From an uncultured Alphaproteobacteria bacterium (lineage in GTDB: Bacteria; Pseudomonadota; Alphaproteobacteria; UBA6615): a DNA stretch of 64,000 nt. Below, piece by piece: positions 10,625 to 20,716 of this stretch (its first letter is position 1; each line of letters opens with the position of its first letter). Below the pieces are notes generated by a model that searched no databases, was not told the DNA's origin, and saw only the letters and a program-made list of their open reading frames with translations. The position numbers and the translations under genes are program-made. The stretch lies in the NCBI GenBank assembly GCA_964276015.1, contig CAXYDO010000009.1, forward strand, positions 60,738-124,737. Reading direction: 5' to 3'.

Positions 10625-10751
10625 GTTTTCCTCCCAAGTTCTGGAGGTCATAAGCGAAATTCCTGGCGTGATGTCAATCCGGTGTCTTTCGTGAACCGGC
10701 GCGCCATAATGGACCTCTACCTGTGGCTGATGATTTGCCGGAGTTCTCCTG

Positions 10752-12008
10752 ATGCCTTCCGAGGGCCGTTCCTCCACCCTGGCGCCGTTTGCGGTGCGCA
10801 GTTTCCGGTTTCAATGGCCGGCCGATCTGACGACCTCCTGGGCGTTCGAAATGGAGACGCTTATTCTTGGCTGGTTTGTGCTGGTGGCAACGGATTCGGT
10901 CCTGCTGCTGACCCTGTTCGCCTCGCTTCAGTATATGGGCACGCTGGTGTCGCCACTGTTTGGCGTCGTAGGGGACCGTCGCGGTGCGCGTAACGTGTTG
11001 TGCTCGATGCGCGCCTTTTACGTGGTCCAGGCCGCAGCTCTGACCGGGTTTGCCTATTTCGACGCGCTCGGCCCGGTGGCGGTCTTTGCGATTGGTGCCC
11101 TGATGGGCATTGTGCGCCCCTCGGACAACGCCATTCGATACACGCTTGTCGGGGAAACAATCCCGTCAGCGCAGATGGTGGCCGCGGTCGCCATTTCGCG
11201 CACGACGACAGATTCCGCGCGGGTTGCTGGCGCGCTTGCGGGGGCGGGGCTGGTTGCCACGGTGGGCATGGCGTCGGCCTACACGGTTGTGACGGTGCTT
11301 TATGCGGTTTCGGTGTTTTTGACGCTGGGGGCGACCCAGCGTCCCCCGCTCAAGACGTCTACCGGGACCTCGATTGTCCCGACATCGGCGTTGCGCGATC
11401 TGATCGAAGTGTTTGTCTATGTCTGGCGGACGCCGCATCTACTCGCGGCGATGACTTTGGCATTCCTGGTGAATTTTTGTGCCTTCCCGCTGATGGGCGG
11501 GGTGCTGCCCTATGTGGCCCGTGAGGTCTATGGCACGGACCAAACCGGGCTGGGATATCTCGCCGCGAGCTTCGCGTTTGGTGCGTTATTGGGCTCTCTT
11601 GGCCTGACCGGCAATCGTCGTGGGATTTGGCCCGGGCGCATGATGATCACCTTCACCTTCGCCTGGTTCGGTTTTCTTCTCATTTTCGCGTGGGTCGATG
11701 TGATGTTTGTCGGCGCCATTGTGCTGATGCTTGCCGGATTATGTCAGGGGCTGGCGCTGGTGCCGGTCTCCATAATGCTGCTGAAGACTTCGGACCCGCG
11801 CATGCGCGCGCGGGTGCTCGGCCTTCGAATGCTGGCGATTTACGGATTGCCTATGGGCTTGCTCGCTTCGGGTCCGCTGATCGCAAGCTTTGGCTATAGC
11901 GTCACGGCTACAGGCTATGGGGTGTTTGGTTTGGTGGCGACATCGCTCATTCTGTGGCGCTGGCACGCCCATATCTGGCGCCTCGATGCACCGGCAAATG
12001 GCGGGTAG
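10752..12008 (+). CDS. MFS transporter
   Basis: 418 aa with about 12 hydrophobic helices. Divergent from the AhpD-like gene. Confidence 0.8.
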   Translation: MPSEGRSSTLAPFAVRSFRFQWPADLTTSWAFEMETLILGWFVLVATDSVLLLTLFASLQYMGTLVSPLFGVVGDRRGARNVLCSMRAFYVVQAAALTGFAYFDALGPVAVFAIGALMGIVRPSDNAIRYTLVGETIPSAQMVAAVAISRTTTDSARVAGALAGAGLVATVGMASAYTVVTVLYAVSVFLTLGATQRPPLKTSTGTSIVPTSALRDLIEVFVYVWRTPHLLAAMTLAFLVNFCAFPLMGGVLPYVAREVYGTDQTGLGYLAASFAFGALLGSLGLTGNRRGIWPGRMMITFTFAWFGFLLIFAWVDVMFVGAIVLMLAGLCQGLALVPVSIMLLKTSDPRMRARVLGLRMLAIYGLPMGLLASGPLIASFGYSVTATGYGVFGLVATSLILWRWHAHIWRLDAPANGG

Positions 12009-12029
12009 CGGGTTAGGAAAATACCCCGG

Positions 12030-12290
12030 GTAGCCACAGCGCGAGTGGGTATAAACTTCGACCCTATTGCCGTCGGGGTCGCGGAAATAGAACGATCACG
12101 CATTGCCGTGGCAGGTCGTGTACATGATTTTATGCCCTGCTGAAGTCGCACGTTTATGCATCGCGCGCAGTTCCTCAAGGGAATCGACCAGGAACGAGAT
12201 TTGCTGGGCTGAGCCCACGCCCTCTGTTTCGGGCATTTGCCTCGGCCAGGACGAGCTCATGATGCTCGCTGAGCTGGCAATGGACATTCC
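12030..12290 (-). pseudogene. VOC/glyoxalase-family gene remnant (frameshift plus in-frame TGA)
   Basis: The ORF 12096..12287 ends ...YTTCHGNA at a TGA (12096..12098). The same frame continues SFYFRDPDGNRVEVYTHS, the VOC C-terminal signature. Upstream, a different frame reads SEHHELVLAEA. The N-terminus is missing and abuts the stop of the Mo-hydroxylase gene. Confidence 0.55.
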
Positions 12291-12320
12291 TTCCGATGGA
12301 GCGGCCGCTACGGCCGCGGA

Positions 12321-14567
12321 TTACTCTGCGGCCTCTGCCATATCCAGGGCTTCGACAACTTTCGGCGGTGACATGGGCAGATCGTTGAAGCGGACGCCTA
12401 GCGCGTCATAGACCGCGTTGCGCACCGCCGCGAGACCCGGCACCAGAGGAACCTCACCGACCCCGCGCACACCCTGGGGATGGTTCGGGTTCGGAATTTC
12501 GATGATGTAAGTATCGATCATCGGCAGATCCGAGGCCACCGGCATGCGGTAGTCGAGGAAGCCAGGATTATCGACGCGACCTTCCTTGTTGTAGATGTAT
12601 TCCTCGTTCAGCGCCCAGCCGATAGCCTGAACAGCGCCGCCCTGCAATTGACCCTCGACATAGCTCGGGTGAACCGCCCGGCCGACATCCTGGAGCACGG
12701 TGTAACGGAGCACCCGCACGATTCCGAGTTCGTGATCGACCTCGACATCGCAGATATGGGTACCAAAACCGCCCTCTGCGCCTTTTGTGTTGAGCTGAGT
12801 GCTGGCACCGATGGGGCCGCCAGACTCATTGGCGCGTGCCGCCAACTCTTCCAGGGTCAATGGCGGGAACTGGCCTGCATTTGCACCTGCCGGGCGCGCT
12901 TCGCCGTCCTCCCAATTGACCGCATCCGGATCGATGTCCCAGATCTTGGCAGCCAGTTCGCACAGGGTTCCGATCACCTTATTGGTCGATTCGGTGACCA
13001 CCATCGCCGAAGCGAACAGAACGCGGCTGCCGCCGGTCAGGTTCGAGAAGCCAATGGTCGCTGTGTCGCCGATCAGCACCGAGATTCGGTTGTAATCAAT
13101 GCCGAGGATCTCTGCGCAGATATTCGCGATTCCGGCACGTGATCCGCCGACGTCGGGATGGCCCGTGGTGATGACCACGTTGCCGTCCTCGGTGATATTC
13201 ACCTGAGCCGAGGATTCGCCGGCGGCGTTAAACCAGAATCCGCTGGCAACACCGCGTCCCTGGTTAGGCCCCAAAGGCGCCTTATAGTGGTCGTGGACCT
13301 TCGCCGCTTCGAGTGATTCGACGTAACCCATCAGCGGGTAGGTCGGGCCGTGGACGGCTTTTGTGCCTTCCTTGGCGGCGTTCTTGAGCCGCAGGTCGAG
13401 CGGGTCGATGCCCAACTCTTCGGCGATTTCGTCAAGCACACACTCGACCCCGAAGGCGCCGATTGGGGCACCCGGTGCACGGTATGCGGCGACCTTGGAG
13501 CGGTTGGAGACCACGTCGTAGGCGAATGTGCGTCCATTGGGGATGTCGTAGGGAGCGAGCGCACAGCCGACCGCGCCGCGAATGGGCGATCCGGGAAGTC
13601 CGCCGGCCTGCAGCCAGTAAACACCTTCGGCTGCGGTGATGGTGCCGTCTTTCTTGGCGCCGATCTTGACCGTGCTCTTTGAGCCCGACGTCGGACCCGA
13701 GGCGCGCATCACATCCTCGCGGCTCATGATCATCTTCACCGGGCGTCCTGACTTCTTCGACAGGATTGTGGCCAGTGGTTCGAGATAGACGATCGTTTTA
13801 CCGCCGAAACCGCCGCCAATTTCGGCGGGGATGGCGCGGATATCGCTTTGCGGGATGCCGGTCAGCATGCCGGTCATGGCTCGGACCATGAACTGGCCCT
13901 GACTTGAGCTCCAGATGGTGGCTTTGCCGTCGGCGGCAACGCTCACCAGGCAGGCATGGGGCTCGATATAGCCCTGATGTACCGGACGGGTCGTGAAGTC
14001 CCGTTCGATGACAACGTCAGCTTCGGCAAAGCCCGCTTCGATGTCGCCCTTGATGTGTTCGAGGGTGCCCGCGATGTTCGAGGGCTTGCCTTCGAACTCG
14101 ATGAAATCGTGCAGGATCGGGGCGTCAGGCGCGAGGGCGTCGTCGATCTCGATCGTGTGCGGCAGGACCTCGTACTCAACCTCGATCAGCTTGCAGGCTT
14201 CCGCGGCAATGGCTTCAGAAGTTGCCGCGACTGCGGCGATGGGGTGACCGTGGAAGAGCGCTTTTTCGCGCGCCATCACGTTGCGGCACATCCAGCGCAT
14301 GTCCTGAATGCCCAGCGCGACAGGTGTGTCGAGCGGAAAGTCGACAATGTCAGCGGCGGTCACCACGGCCTTTACGCCGGGATGGGCTTCGGCTTTGGAG
14401 GTGTTGACCGACTTGATGCGGGCATGGGCGTGTGGGCTGCGCAGCACCGAACCCCAGATCATGCCGGGCATGGTGGTGTCGGCGGCAAACGCGGCGCTGC
14501 CGGTGACTTTTTCGGCACCGTCAGGACGGATCGTACGCTCGCCGATCCACTTGTTGTTTTCGGTCAT
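12321..14567 (-). CDS. Xanthine dehydrogenase-family molybdopterin-binding large subunit (CoxL/aldehyde oxidoreductase-like)
   Basis: 748 aa; typical Mo-hydroxylase large-subunit sequence. Last gene of the FAD-FeS-Moco trio. Confidence 0.9.
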   Translation of the reverse strand: MTENNKWIGERTIRPDGAEKVTGSAAFAADTTMPGMIWGSVLRSPHAHARIKSVNTSKAEAHPGVKAVVTAADIVDFPLDTPVALGIQDMRWMCRNVMAREKALFHGHPIAAVAATSEAIAAEACKLIEVEYEVLPHTIEIDDALAPDAPILHDFIEFEGKPSNIAGTLEHIKGDIEAGFAEADVVIERDFTTRPVHQGYIEPHACLVSVAADGKATIWSSSQGQFMVRAMTGMLTGIPQSDIRAIPAEIGGGFGGKTIVYLEPLATILSKKSGRPVKMIMSREDVMRASGPTSGSKSTVKIGAKKDGTITAAEGVYWLQAGGLPGSPIRGAVGCALAPYDIPNGRTFAYDVVSNRSKVAAYRAPGAPIGAFGVECVLDEIAEELGIDPLDLRLKNAAKEGTKAVHGPTYPLMGYVESLEAAKVHDHYKAPLGPNQGRGVASGFWFNAAGESSAQVNITEDGNVVITTGHPDVGGSRAGIANICAEILGIDYNRISVLIGDTATIGFSNLTGGSRVLFASAMVVTESTNKVIGTLCELAAKIWDIDPDAVNWEDGEARPAGANAGQFPPLTLEELAARANESGGPIGASTQLNTKGAEGGFGTHICDVEVDHELGIVRVLRYTVLQDVGRAVHPSYVEGQLQGGAVQAIGWALNEEYIYNKEGRVDNPGFLDYRMPVASDLPMIDTYIIEIPNPNHPQGVRGVGEVPLVPGLAAVRNAVYDALGVRFNDLPMSPPKVVEALDMAEAAE

Positions 14568-15046
14568 TAGGCTGTCCCCCGCATATCCGCAGCGGTATCC
14601 AATACCGCGCGAATGATTTTGTCATAACCAGTGCACCGGCAGAGATTGCCAGCGAGCCAGTAACGGACTTCGGTTTCGGTCGGATCCGGATTTTCTTCCA
14701 GCAGCGATTTCGCCGCGATCAGCATGCCCGGTGTGCAGATGCCGCATTGCAGCGCGGCGGATTCGAGGAATTTCTGCTGCAACGGGTGCAGCTTCTCGCC
14801 CTCGGCCATGCCTTCAATGGTTTCGATCTTTGCGCCATTGGCTTCAGCGGCCAGCATTAGGCAGGAGCAGACCAGCCGGTCGTCCAGCGTGATGCTGCAA
14901 GCGCCGCAATCGCCTGAACCGCAGCCTTCCTTGGAACCGGTCATGTTCAGCTCGTTGCGCAACACATCGAGCATGGTGTCATTCGGCTCGCAGAGATACT
15001 CGGTCGGCTCGCCATTGATGGTGGTGGAAATGTGCATTTTAGCCAT
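14567..15046 (-). CDS. (2Fe-2S)-binding small subunit of the Mo-hydroxylase (CoxS-like)
   Basis: CGSGDCGACS and CRCTGY cluster motifs; 159 aa. Its stop overlaps the start of the large subunit. Confidence 0.9.
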   Translation of the reverse strand: MAKMHISTTINGEPTEYLCEPNDTMLDVLRNELNMTGSKEGCGSGDCGACSITLDDRLVCSCLMLAAEANGAKIETIEGMAEGEKLHPLQQKFLESAALQCGICTPGMLIAAKSLLEENPDPTETEVRYWLAGNLCRCTGYDKIIRAVLDTAADMRGTA

Positions 15047-15050
15047 GGTC

Positions 15051-15920
15051 TTAAACCCCTTTGGCGCGGTCGGCGGCGATGCCGATACTTCGTTTCAGCA
15101 GAACGCCGGCTACCTTGGTGCGGTAGGTGATCGTGCCGCGTTTATCGTCGATGGGATTGCAGGCTGCGCTGCAGGCCGCCGCGGCGGCATCGAGAGCCGC
15201 AGCGTCGAGAGTGCTGCCGATCAGGGCGTCTGCGGCCTCTTGAACCAACAACACGGTCGGCGCGACGGCACCCAGTCCCACACGTGCGGCAGTGCAGGTA
15301 CCGTTCTCGATGGTCAGGCTGACCCCGACCCCGACAACGGCAATATCCATTTCCGTGCGCGGGATCATCCGCAGATAGGCATCGCTCGAACCCGGCGCCC
15401 GTGGCGGCAGGACGATATTGACGAGAATTTCGCCCGCTTCGAGATTGGTGCGTCCCGGTCCGGCGGGGAAATCCTGCACAGCCATCTCGCGGCGGCCGTT
15501 CGGTCCCTGGATCGTGAGGATTGCGTCTGCGGCGAGCATTGAAGGCACGCTGTCACCAGCCGGTGATCCGTTGCACAGATTACCGCCTGCCGAGGCGCGT
15601 CCCTGCACTTGGGTGGAGCCAATCAGGTTCAGTCCTTCGAGCACACCGGGCCAGACTTTTCCGAAAGTCGGATGCTCGGCCAGAGCGGCGCCCGAAACCG
15701 CGGCGCCGACAATAAAGCTGCCATCCGGGGTTTCTTCGATGCTGTTCATCTCGGCGATCTTCTTGATGTCGACGATGACACCCGGTTCCACCATGCCGGC
15801 GCGCATTTGCACGAGAAGGTCGGTCCCTCCGGCAAGTATGCGCGCGGTGTCTCCACCGGCGGCGAAGGCACTCACGGCCTCGTCCAGCGTCTGTGGTGCC
15901 ATGTATTGTGTATCGGTCAT
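15051..15920 (-). CDS. FAD-binding medium subunit of the Mo-hydroxylase (CoxM-like)
   Basis: 289 aa; AGGTDLLVQM FAD-binding motif. Confidence 0.9.
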   Translation of the reverse strand: MTDTQYMAPQTLDEAVSAFAAGGDTARILAGGTDLLVQMRAGMVEPGVIVDIKKIAEMNSIEETPDGSFIVGAAVSGAALAEHPTFGKVWPGVLEGLNLIGSTQVQGRASAGGNLCNGSPAGDSVPSMLAADAILTIQGPNGRREMAVQDFPAGPGRTNLEAGEILVNIVLPPRAPGSSDAYLRMIPRTEMDIAVVGVGVSLTIENGTCTAARVGLGAVAPTVLLVQEAADALIGSTLDAAALDAAAAACSAACNPIDDKRGTITYRTKVAGVLLKRSIGIAADRAKGV

Positions 15921-15946
15921 ATTTGTTCCCCTCGAACCTGTGTGCC

Positions 15947-15964
15947 TTGCTGTTGGATCAGCAA
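15947..15964. promoter_or_regulatory. Candidate operator: inverted repeat TTGCTG-N6-CAGCAA upstream of the Mo-hydroxylase operon
   Basis: Perfect 6-bp arms, about 27-44 nt upstream of the coxM-like ATG (15920). Confidence 0.25.
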
Positions 15965-16047
15965 CTGTTCACAGACCCAAAAACTACACGCCCAGACGGA
16001 ATTGGAACAGGCCCTAAGGCCGAATTTTCCGCTTGCGAAGTAACTAT

Positions 16048-17670
16048 CTAACCCGTGGCTGTGGGCAAGGGTGGTTTCCCCAGGATCATATCAGCGGCTT
16101 TTTCCGCGATCATGATGGTTGCAGCGTTGGTGTTCGCGGAATGGGACGTCGGAATCACTGACGCATCAACCACCCGCAAGCCTTCCACGCCATGCACCTT
16201 CAACTCGTCACTGACGACCGCGGTGGGGTCATGGGGTGTTCCCATTTTGCAGCTCCCCATCAGGTGGAAGATGGTTGTGCCGTGCTCGCGGGCGTAATCG
16301 AGGAGTTCGTCATCGCTCTGGATCGCCTCTCCCGGGGTCGTCTCCCGATCATACCAGGGCGCCAGTTCGGGTGTTTGCAGCATCCGGCGGGCCAGGCGCG
16401 TGCTTTCCACAATCAGACGACGGTCGGCCTCGGCCTCCAGATAGTTGGGCTGGATGGCGGGTTTGTCCCGTGTGTCGGCAGTGCGAGCCCGCACATGGCC
16501 GCGGCTTTCCGGGCGCATCGGCCAGGACCCGATGGTAATGCCGGGAAAATCATCGAGCTGGTAGGCGGCGTCTTCCTTGTAGCTCGCCGGTGCAAAGATA
16601 ACCTGCAGGTCGGGATGTTCGAGGGCCGGACGGGATTTGCAGAGGGCCAGAGCCACTCCCGGTGACTGGGCCAGAGCGCCTTTGCGAAACAAGAAGTATT
16701 TGGCAATTTCGCCGGCTAGCGGCATCCCCTGCGCCCGTTCGTTCAGGGTGCGCGCGTTGCGGACCCGAGCGGCGAGCCGGACCCCGAAATGGTCGGACAG
16801 GTTTTCGCCCACGCCGGGTAAGGCGTGAACAATAGGGACATTAATCCCCCGCAGCATGTCCGGGTCACCGATGCCTGAGACCTGAAGTATCTGGGGTGAG
16901 GCAATCGCACCACCGGCCAGCAGGACCTCCCGGCGTGCCCGGACCTCGTGGGTCTGGTCGCCACGTCGGTACACAACACCGCTCGCGCGGCGCTCGGAAA
17001 AGACAATGCGGGAGACATTGGCCCTGGTGCGGATTTCCAGATTGGGTCGTCCCCGGGCAGGGTTCAGGAACGCCCGGGCCGCACTCATCCGGCGGCCCTT
17101 GTGAATGGTGCGTTGGAAATAGCCCACACCTTCCTGCGTGGCGCCGTTGTAGTCCTGAGCGCGTGGAATGCCGAGATTGGCCACGCCGTCGATAAACGCA
17201 TCGCAAATTGCATCCGGGCGATCGGTATCCGTGATGACCAGTTCGCCGTCGCGGCCACGATACGCGTTGTCGCCTTCGCCGACCCGCCGTTCGCTGCGTT
17301 TGAAGTAGGGCAACACGTCGGCGTATCCCCAGCCGCGATTGCCCATCTGGGACCAGGTGTCAAAATCCAGTTTTTGGCCACGATTGTAGATATGGCCGTT
17401 GATCGAGCTGGAACCGCCAAGGGTTTTGCCGCGTGGCGTGGCGATATTCCGGCCTGCGGTTCCTTCGCCGGGCTCCGTTTCGTAGAGCCAGTTTAGATGA
17501 GGGTTCACAAGGGTTTTGAGGAACCCTGCCGGAATGTGGATGAAAGGATTGAGGTCCCTTGATCCGGCCTCGAGCAAACAGACGGTGGCATCGCTGGCGG
17601 ACAAACGGTTGGCGAGGACCGAGCCTGCCGACCCGGCACCGATAATGACATAGTCAAATTCCTCTATCAT
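16048..17670 (-). CDS. GMC family oxidoreductase (choline dehydrogenase-like)
   Basis: MIEEFDYVIIGAGSAGSVLANRLS FAD motif; 540 aa. Confidence 0.9.
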   Translation of the reverse strand: MIEEFDYVIIGAGSAGSVLANRLSASDATVCLLEAGSRDLNPFIHIPAGFLKTLVNPHLNWLYETEPGEGTAGRNIATPRGKTLGGSSSINGHIYNRGQKLDFDTWSQMGNRGWGYADVLPYFKRSERRVGEGDNAYRGRDGELVITDTDRPDAICDAFIDGVANLGIPRAQDYNGATQEGVGYFQRTIHKGRRMSAARAFLNPARGRPNLEIRTRANVSRIVFSERRASGVVYRRGDQTHEVRARREVLLAGGAIASPQILQVSGIGDPDMLRGINVPIVHALPGVGENLSDHFGVRLAARVRNARTLNERAQGMPLAGEIAKYFLFRKGALAQSPGVALALCKSRPALEHPDLQVIFAPASYKEDAAYQLDDFPGITIGSWPMRPESRGHVRARTADTRDKPAIQPNYLEAEADRRLIVESTRLARRMLQTPELAPWYDRETTPGEAIQSDDELLDYAREHGTTIFHLMGSCKMGTPHDPTAVVSDELKVHGVEGLRVVDASVIPTSHSANTNAATIMIAEKAADMILGKPPLPTATG

Positions 17671-17838
17671 CGGGGGGTCCTGTCCGTACCGTCATAAGTC
17701 GAACGGAATGTACCGTCTGGGGAATCAGGCGGGCAAGTCGCACGCGTTCTGCGCGTTTTCGTCGCGTGCGGCGGAAATGGCAAAACATGCCAGGATAACG
17801 CTTCACAAATATCCCAACTATCGAAACGCTGATCATCC

Positions 17839-18261
17839 GTGTTTGCTTCCGCTACCGCTATGCGACAGGCCGCTGCATTGCCCTTTGTTCCTCTTGAAAC
17901 GGGACTGCAAGTGCTGTTGACCACCTCGCGAAAAAGCGGCCGCTGGATCTTGCCCAAAGGTTCGGTCAAACGGGGCGAGGGCCAGCCTGAAGCCGCCGCG
18001 CGGGAAGCCCATGAGGAAGCCGGTGTTGTGGGCGAGATACAGCCCGAGCCGATCGGAGAATTTACCTATCTGAAGAAGATGCCACAGGGCTATCGGGTCG
18101 GCTGCCACGTCTTTGTCTATCCGTTGCTCGTGCGCGAACAACACCTGGATTGGCCCGAGCAGGACCAACGAGAATTCCGCTGGGTCTCCATAGCGGATGC
18201 TGCTGTGCTGGTCTCTGATCGTGGCCTGATGCGGGTGCTCAGAAATCTTTCAAAAAAATAA
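17839..18261 (+). CDS. NUDIX hydrolase
   Basis: NUDIX box GSVKRGEGQPEAAAREAHEEAGV. The start is uncertain (GTG 17839 or ATG 17860). Confidence 0.75.
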   Translation: MFASATAMRQAAALPFVPLETGLQVLLTTSRKSGRWILPKGSVKRGEGQPEAAAREAHEEAGVVGEIQPEPIGEFTYLKKMPQGYRVGCHVFVYPLLVREQHLDWPEQDQREFRWVSIADAAVLVSDRGLMRVLRNLSKK

Positions 18262-18369
18262 TTATACAACGTTATAAGCACTCCGAATCGCCGCGGAATT
18301 TTGTAAAGAAATGCGGAATTACGTAATTTTATCGTGCCGTTGAATTTGAACAGACAATGAGGACTTGAT

Positions 18370-19869
18370 ATGGACCAGATCAAACAGTCGCTCGACAAGG
18401 ATCTCGAAAAAATAGTCCATGTTGAGGCGGCCACGCGAACGATGGCCGGAGGGCTCCGGTCGCACGGTATAGCGGTCGTTTTCCTCGCCCTTTCAGCGGT
18501 GTTGGCAAATGTCTTTGTCGGGGTTGAGTCCGGTACGACGATGATTGTCGTCGCGGCTGTCCTCGGTGGCTACATGGCCCTTAACATCGGCGCCAATGAT
18601 GTCGCCAACAATGTCGGCCCGGCGGTTGGCTCGCGCGCTCTGACACTGTTTGGAGCGCTGCTCATTGCAGCTGTTTTTGAAAGCGCGGGTGTCTTGATTG
18701 CCGGCGGCGATGTGGTCGCCACGATTTCCAAGGGCATTATCGACCCCGAGTTGGTGCCGGACTCCAACATCTTCGTGTTGGCGATGATGGCCGCACTTGT
18801 GGCTGCGGCCCTGTGGGTCAATCTGGCGACCTTTGTTGGCGCGCCGGTATCGACGACCCATTCGGTTGTTGGCGGTGTGATGGGCGCGGGGGTTGCCGCG
18901 GTCGGGTTCCAGCTCGTCAATTGGGGCACCATGGGTGCGATTGCTGCGAGTTGGGTGATCTCACCGGTCCTGGGCGGCGTCATCGCCGCAGCGTTCCTGG
19001 CCTTCATCAAGGTCAATATCATCTATCAGCCCGACAAGATTGCAGCGGCCCGCCGCTGGGTGCCGGTGCTGGTCGCGATCATGGCCGGAGCCTTTGCCTG
19101 TTATCTCTCGATCAAGGGCCTGAAACGGATCTGGAAGCCGGACACCGCAACCGTCCTGCTGATCGGACTGGCCGTATTCGCCGCCGTCTGGATCGTGATG
19201 CGGCCGCTCATCCATCGGCAATCCGAGGGTATGGAGAACCGCAACCAGTCGCTTCGAACCCTGTTCCGGATTCCTCTGATCTGCTCGGCAGCCCTGCTGT
19301 CCTTTGCCCATGGTGCCAATGACGTGGCCAATGCGGTTGGGCCGCTGGCCGCGATCCTGTCCAGCGCCCAGTCTGGCGTCATCGCGGGTAAGGTCGAAGT
19401 GCCGATCTGGATCATGCTGATCGGGGCGTTTGGTATCAGCCTCGGTCTGTTCCTCTACGGGCCCAAACTAATCCGCATGGTGGGCGAACAGATCACCAAA
19501 ATGAACCCGATGCGCGCCTATTGCGTGGCCCTGTCGGCGGCGATCACGGTGATCATCGCCTCGTGGTTTGGGCTCCCTGTCAGTTCGACCCATATCGCTG
19601 TGGGTGCGGTCTTCGGGGTCGGGTTCTTCCGGGAGTATTACACCAAGCGCAGCAAGCGCCGGCGTGAGATGGTGACCCGGACGCGCGGCGATGTCTCCAA
19701 GGGTGATTCCAAGCGGGAAGAGACCCCGGTTGCACCCGAGCAAATGCGCTATCGCAAACTCGTTCGCCGCTCGCATTTCCTGACCATTATTGCCGCCTGG
19801 GTCATCACCGTCCCGGCAACGGCCCTATTGTCGGCAGCCGTGTTCTTCGGGCTCAGCCAGTTCTTCTAA
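18370..19869 (+). CDS. Inorganic phosphate transporter, PiT family
   Basis: Two GANDVAN signature repeats (GANDVANNVGPAV and GANDVANAVGPL); polytopic; 499 aa. Confidence 0.9.
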   Translation: MDQIKQSLDKDLEKIVHVEAATRTMAGGLRSHGIAVVFLALSAVLANVFVGVESGTTMIVVAAVLGGYMALNIGANDVANNVGPAVGSRALTLFGALLIAAVFESAGVLIAGGDVVATISKGIIDPELVPDSNIFVLAMMAALVAAALWVNLATFVGAPVSTTHSVVGGVMGAGVAAVGFQLVNWGTMGAIAASWVISPVLGGVIAAAFLAFIKVNIIYQPDKIAAARRWVPVLVAIMAGAFACYLSIKGLKRIWKPDTATVLLIGLAVFAAVWIVMRPLIHRQSEGMENRNQSLRTLFRIPLICSAALLSFAHGANDVANAVGPLAAILSSAQSGVIAGKVEVPIWIMLIGAFGISLGLFLYGPKLIRMVGEQITKMNPMRAYCVALSAAITVIIASWFGLPVSSTHIAVGAVFGVGFFREYYTKRSKRRREMVTRTRGDVSKGDSKREETPVAPEQMRYRKLVRRSHFLTIIAAWVITVPATALLSAAVFFGLSQFF

Positions 19870-19924
19870 AAAAGCGCCTGGTGGGGACCACCAAGACAAT
19901 CGGTTTGATTTCAAAGGATGTGAG

Positions 19925-20662
19925 ATGTCTCAGAAACCCATCTGCCTGATCATCGGGGCCGGAGACTATATCGGCGCAGCGATTGCCAAACGTTTTGCCA
20001 AAGGCGGGTTCCACGTTGTTATGGGGCGCCGTCGAGGTGAGCTTTTCGCGCCACTGATCGTAGAGATCGAGGCCGCAGGCGGCACGGCCCAGGGGTTTAC
20101 CTGGGATGCCCGCAAGGAAGAGGCCGCGATCGAGATGTTCGCCATGGTCGAGAACGAAATCGGGCCGATCGAGATTTGCGTCTTCAATGTCGGCGGCAAT
20201 GTCCGCTTCCCAATTCTGGAAACAACCGAACGGGTCTTCCGCAAGGTGTGGGAGATGTGCGGCTACGCGGCTTTTCTCTCGGGCCGCGAGGCGGCGAAGT
20301 ACATGGTCGAGCGCGAGAAGGGCTCGATCTTCTTTACCGGCGCGACCGCGTCCATGAAGGGAAGTTCGGGGTTTGCCGCTTTCGCGTCGGGCAAGTTCGC
20401 GATGCGGGGCCTGGCGCAATCCATGGCCCGCGAACTCGGTCCGAAAAATATTCATGTCGCGCATCTGGTCGTCGACGCCGGGGTCGATACTGAATTCGTG
20501 CGCGAGCGCCAGCGTGATGCAGGTCTTGATCCTGACGATTTGCCGCCTGACACGCTGATGAACCCGGACAGCATTGCCGCGGCGTACTGGTCGCTCCACC
20601 AGCAAACCCGCGACGGCTGGACCCACGAGCTAGATATCCGGCCGTTCGCTGAAAAATGGTAA
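19925..20662 (+). CDS. SDR family oxidoreductase
   Basis: ATG 19925 gives MSQKPICLIIGAGDYIGAAIAKRF. The ORF-track 5' extension overlaps the PiT gene. Confidence 0.8.
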   Translation: MSQKPICLIIGAGDYIGAAIAKRFAKGGFHVVMGRRRGELFAPLIVEIEAAGGTAQGFTWDARKEEAAIEMFAMVENEIGPIEICVFNVGGNVRFPILETTERVFRKVWEMCGYAAFLSGREAAKYMVEREKGSIFFTGATASMKGSSGFAAFASGKFAMRGLAQSMARELGPKNIHVAHLVVDAGVDTEFVRERQRDAGLDPDDLPPDTLMNPDSIAAAYWSLHQQTRDGWTHELDIRPFAEKW

Positions 20663-20716
20663 TCACGTGCGCTTGTGTGCGTGAATTTTTTTGAGTCCCC
20701 AAAGATTAGGTTTCCG

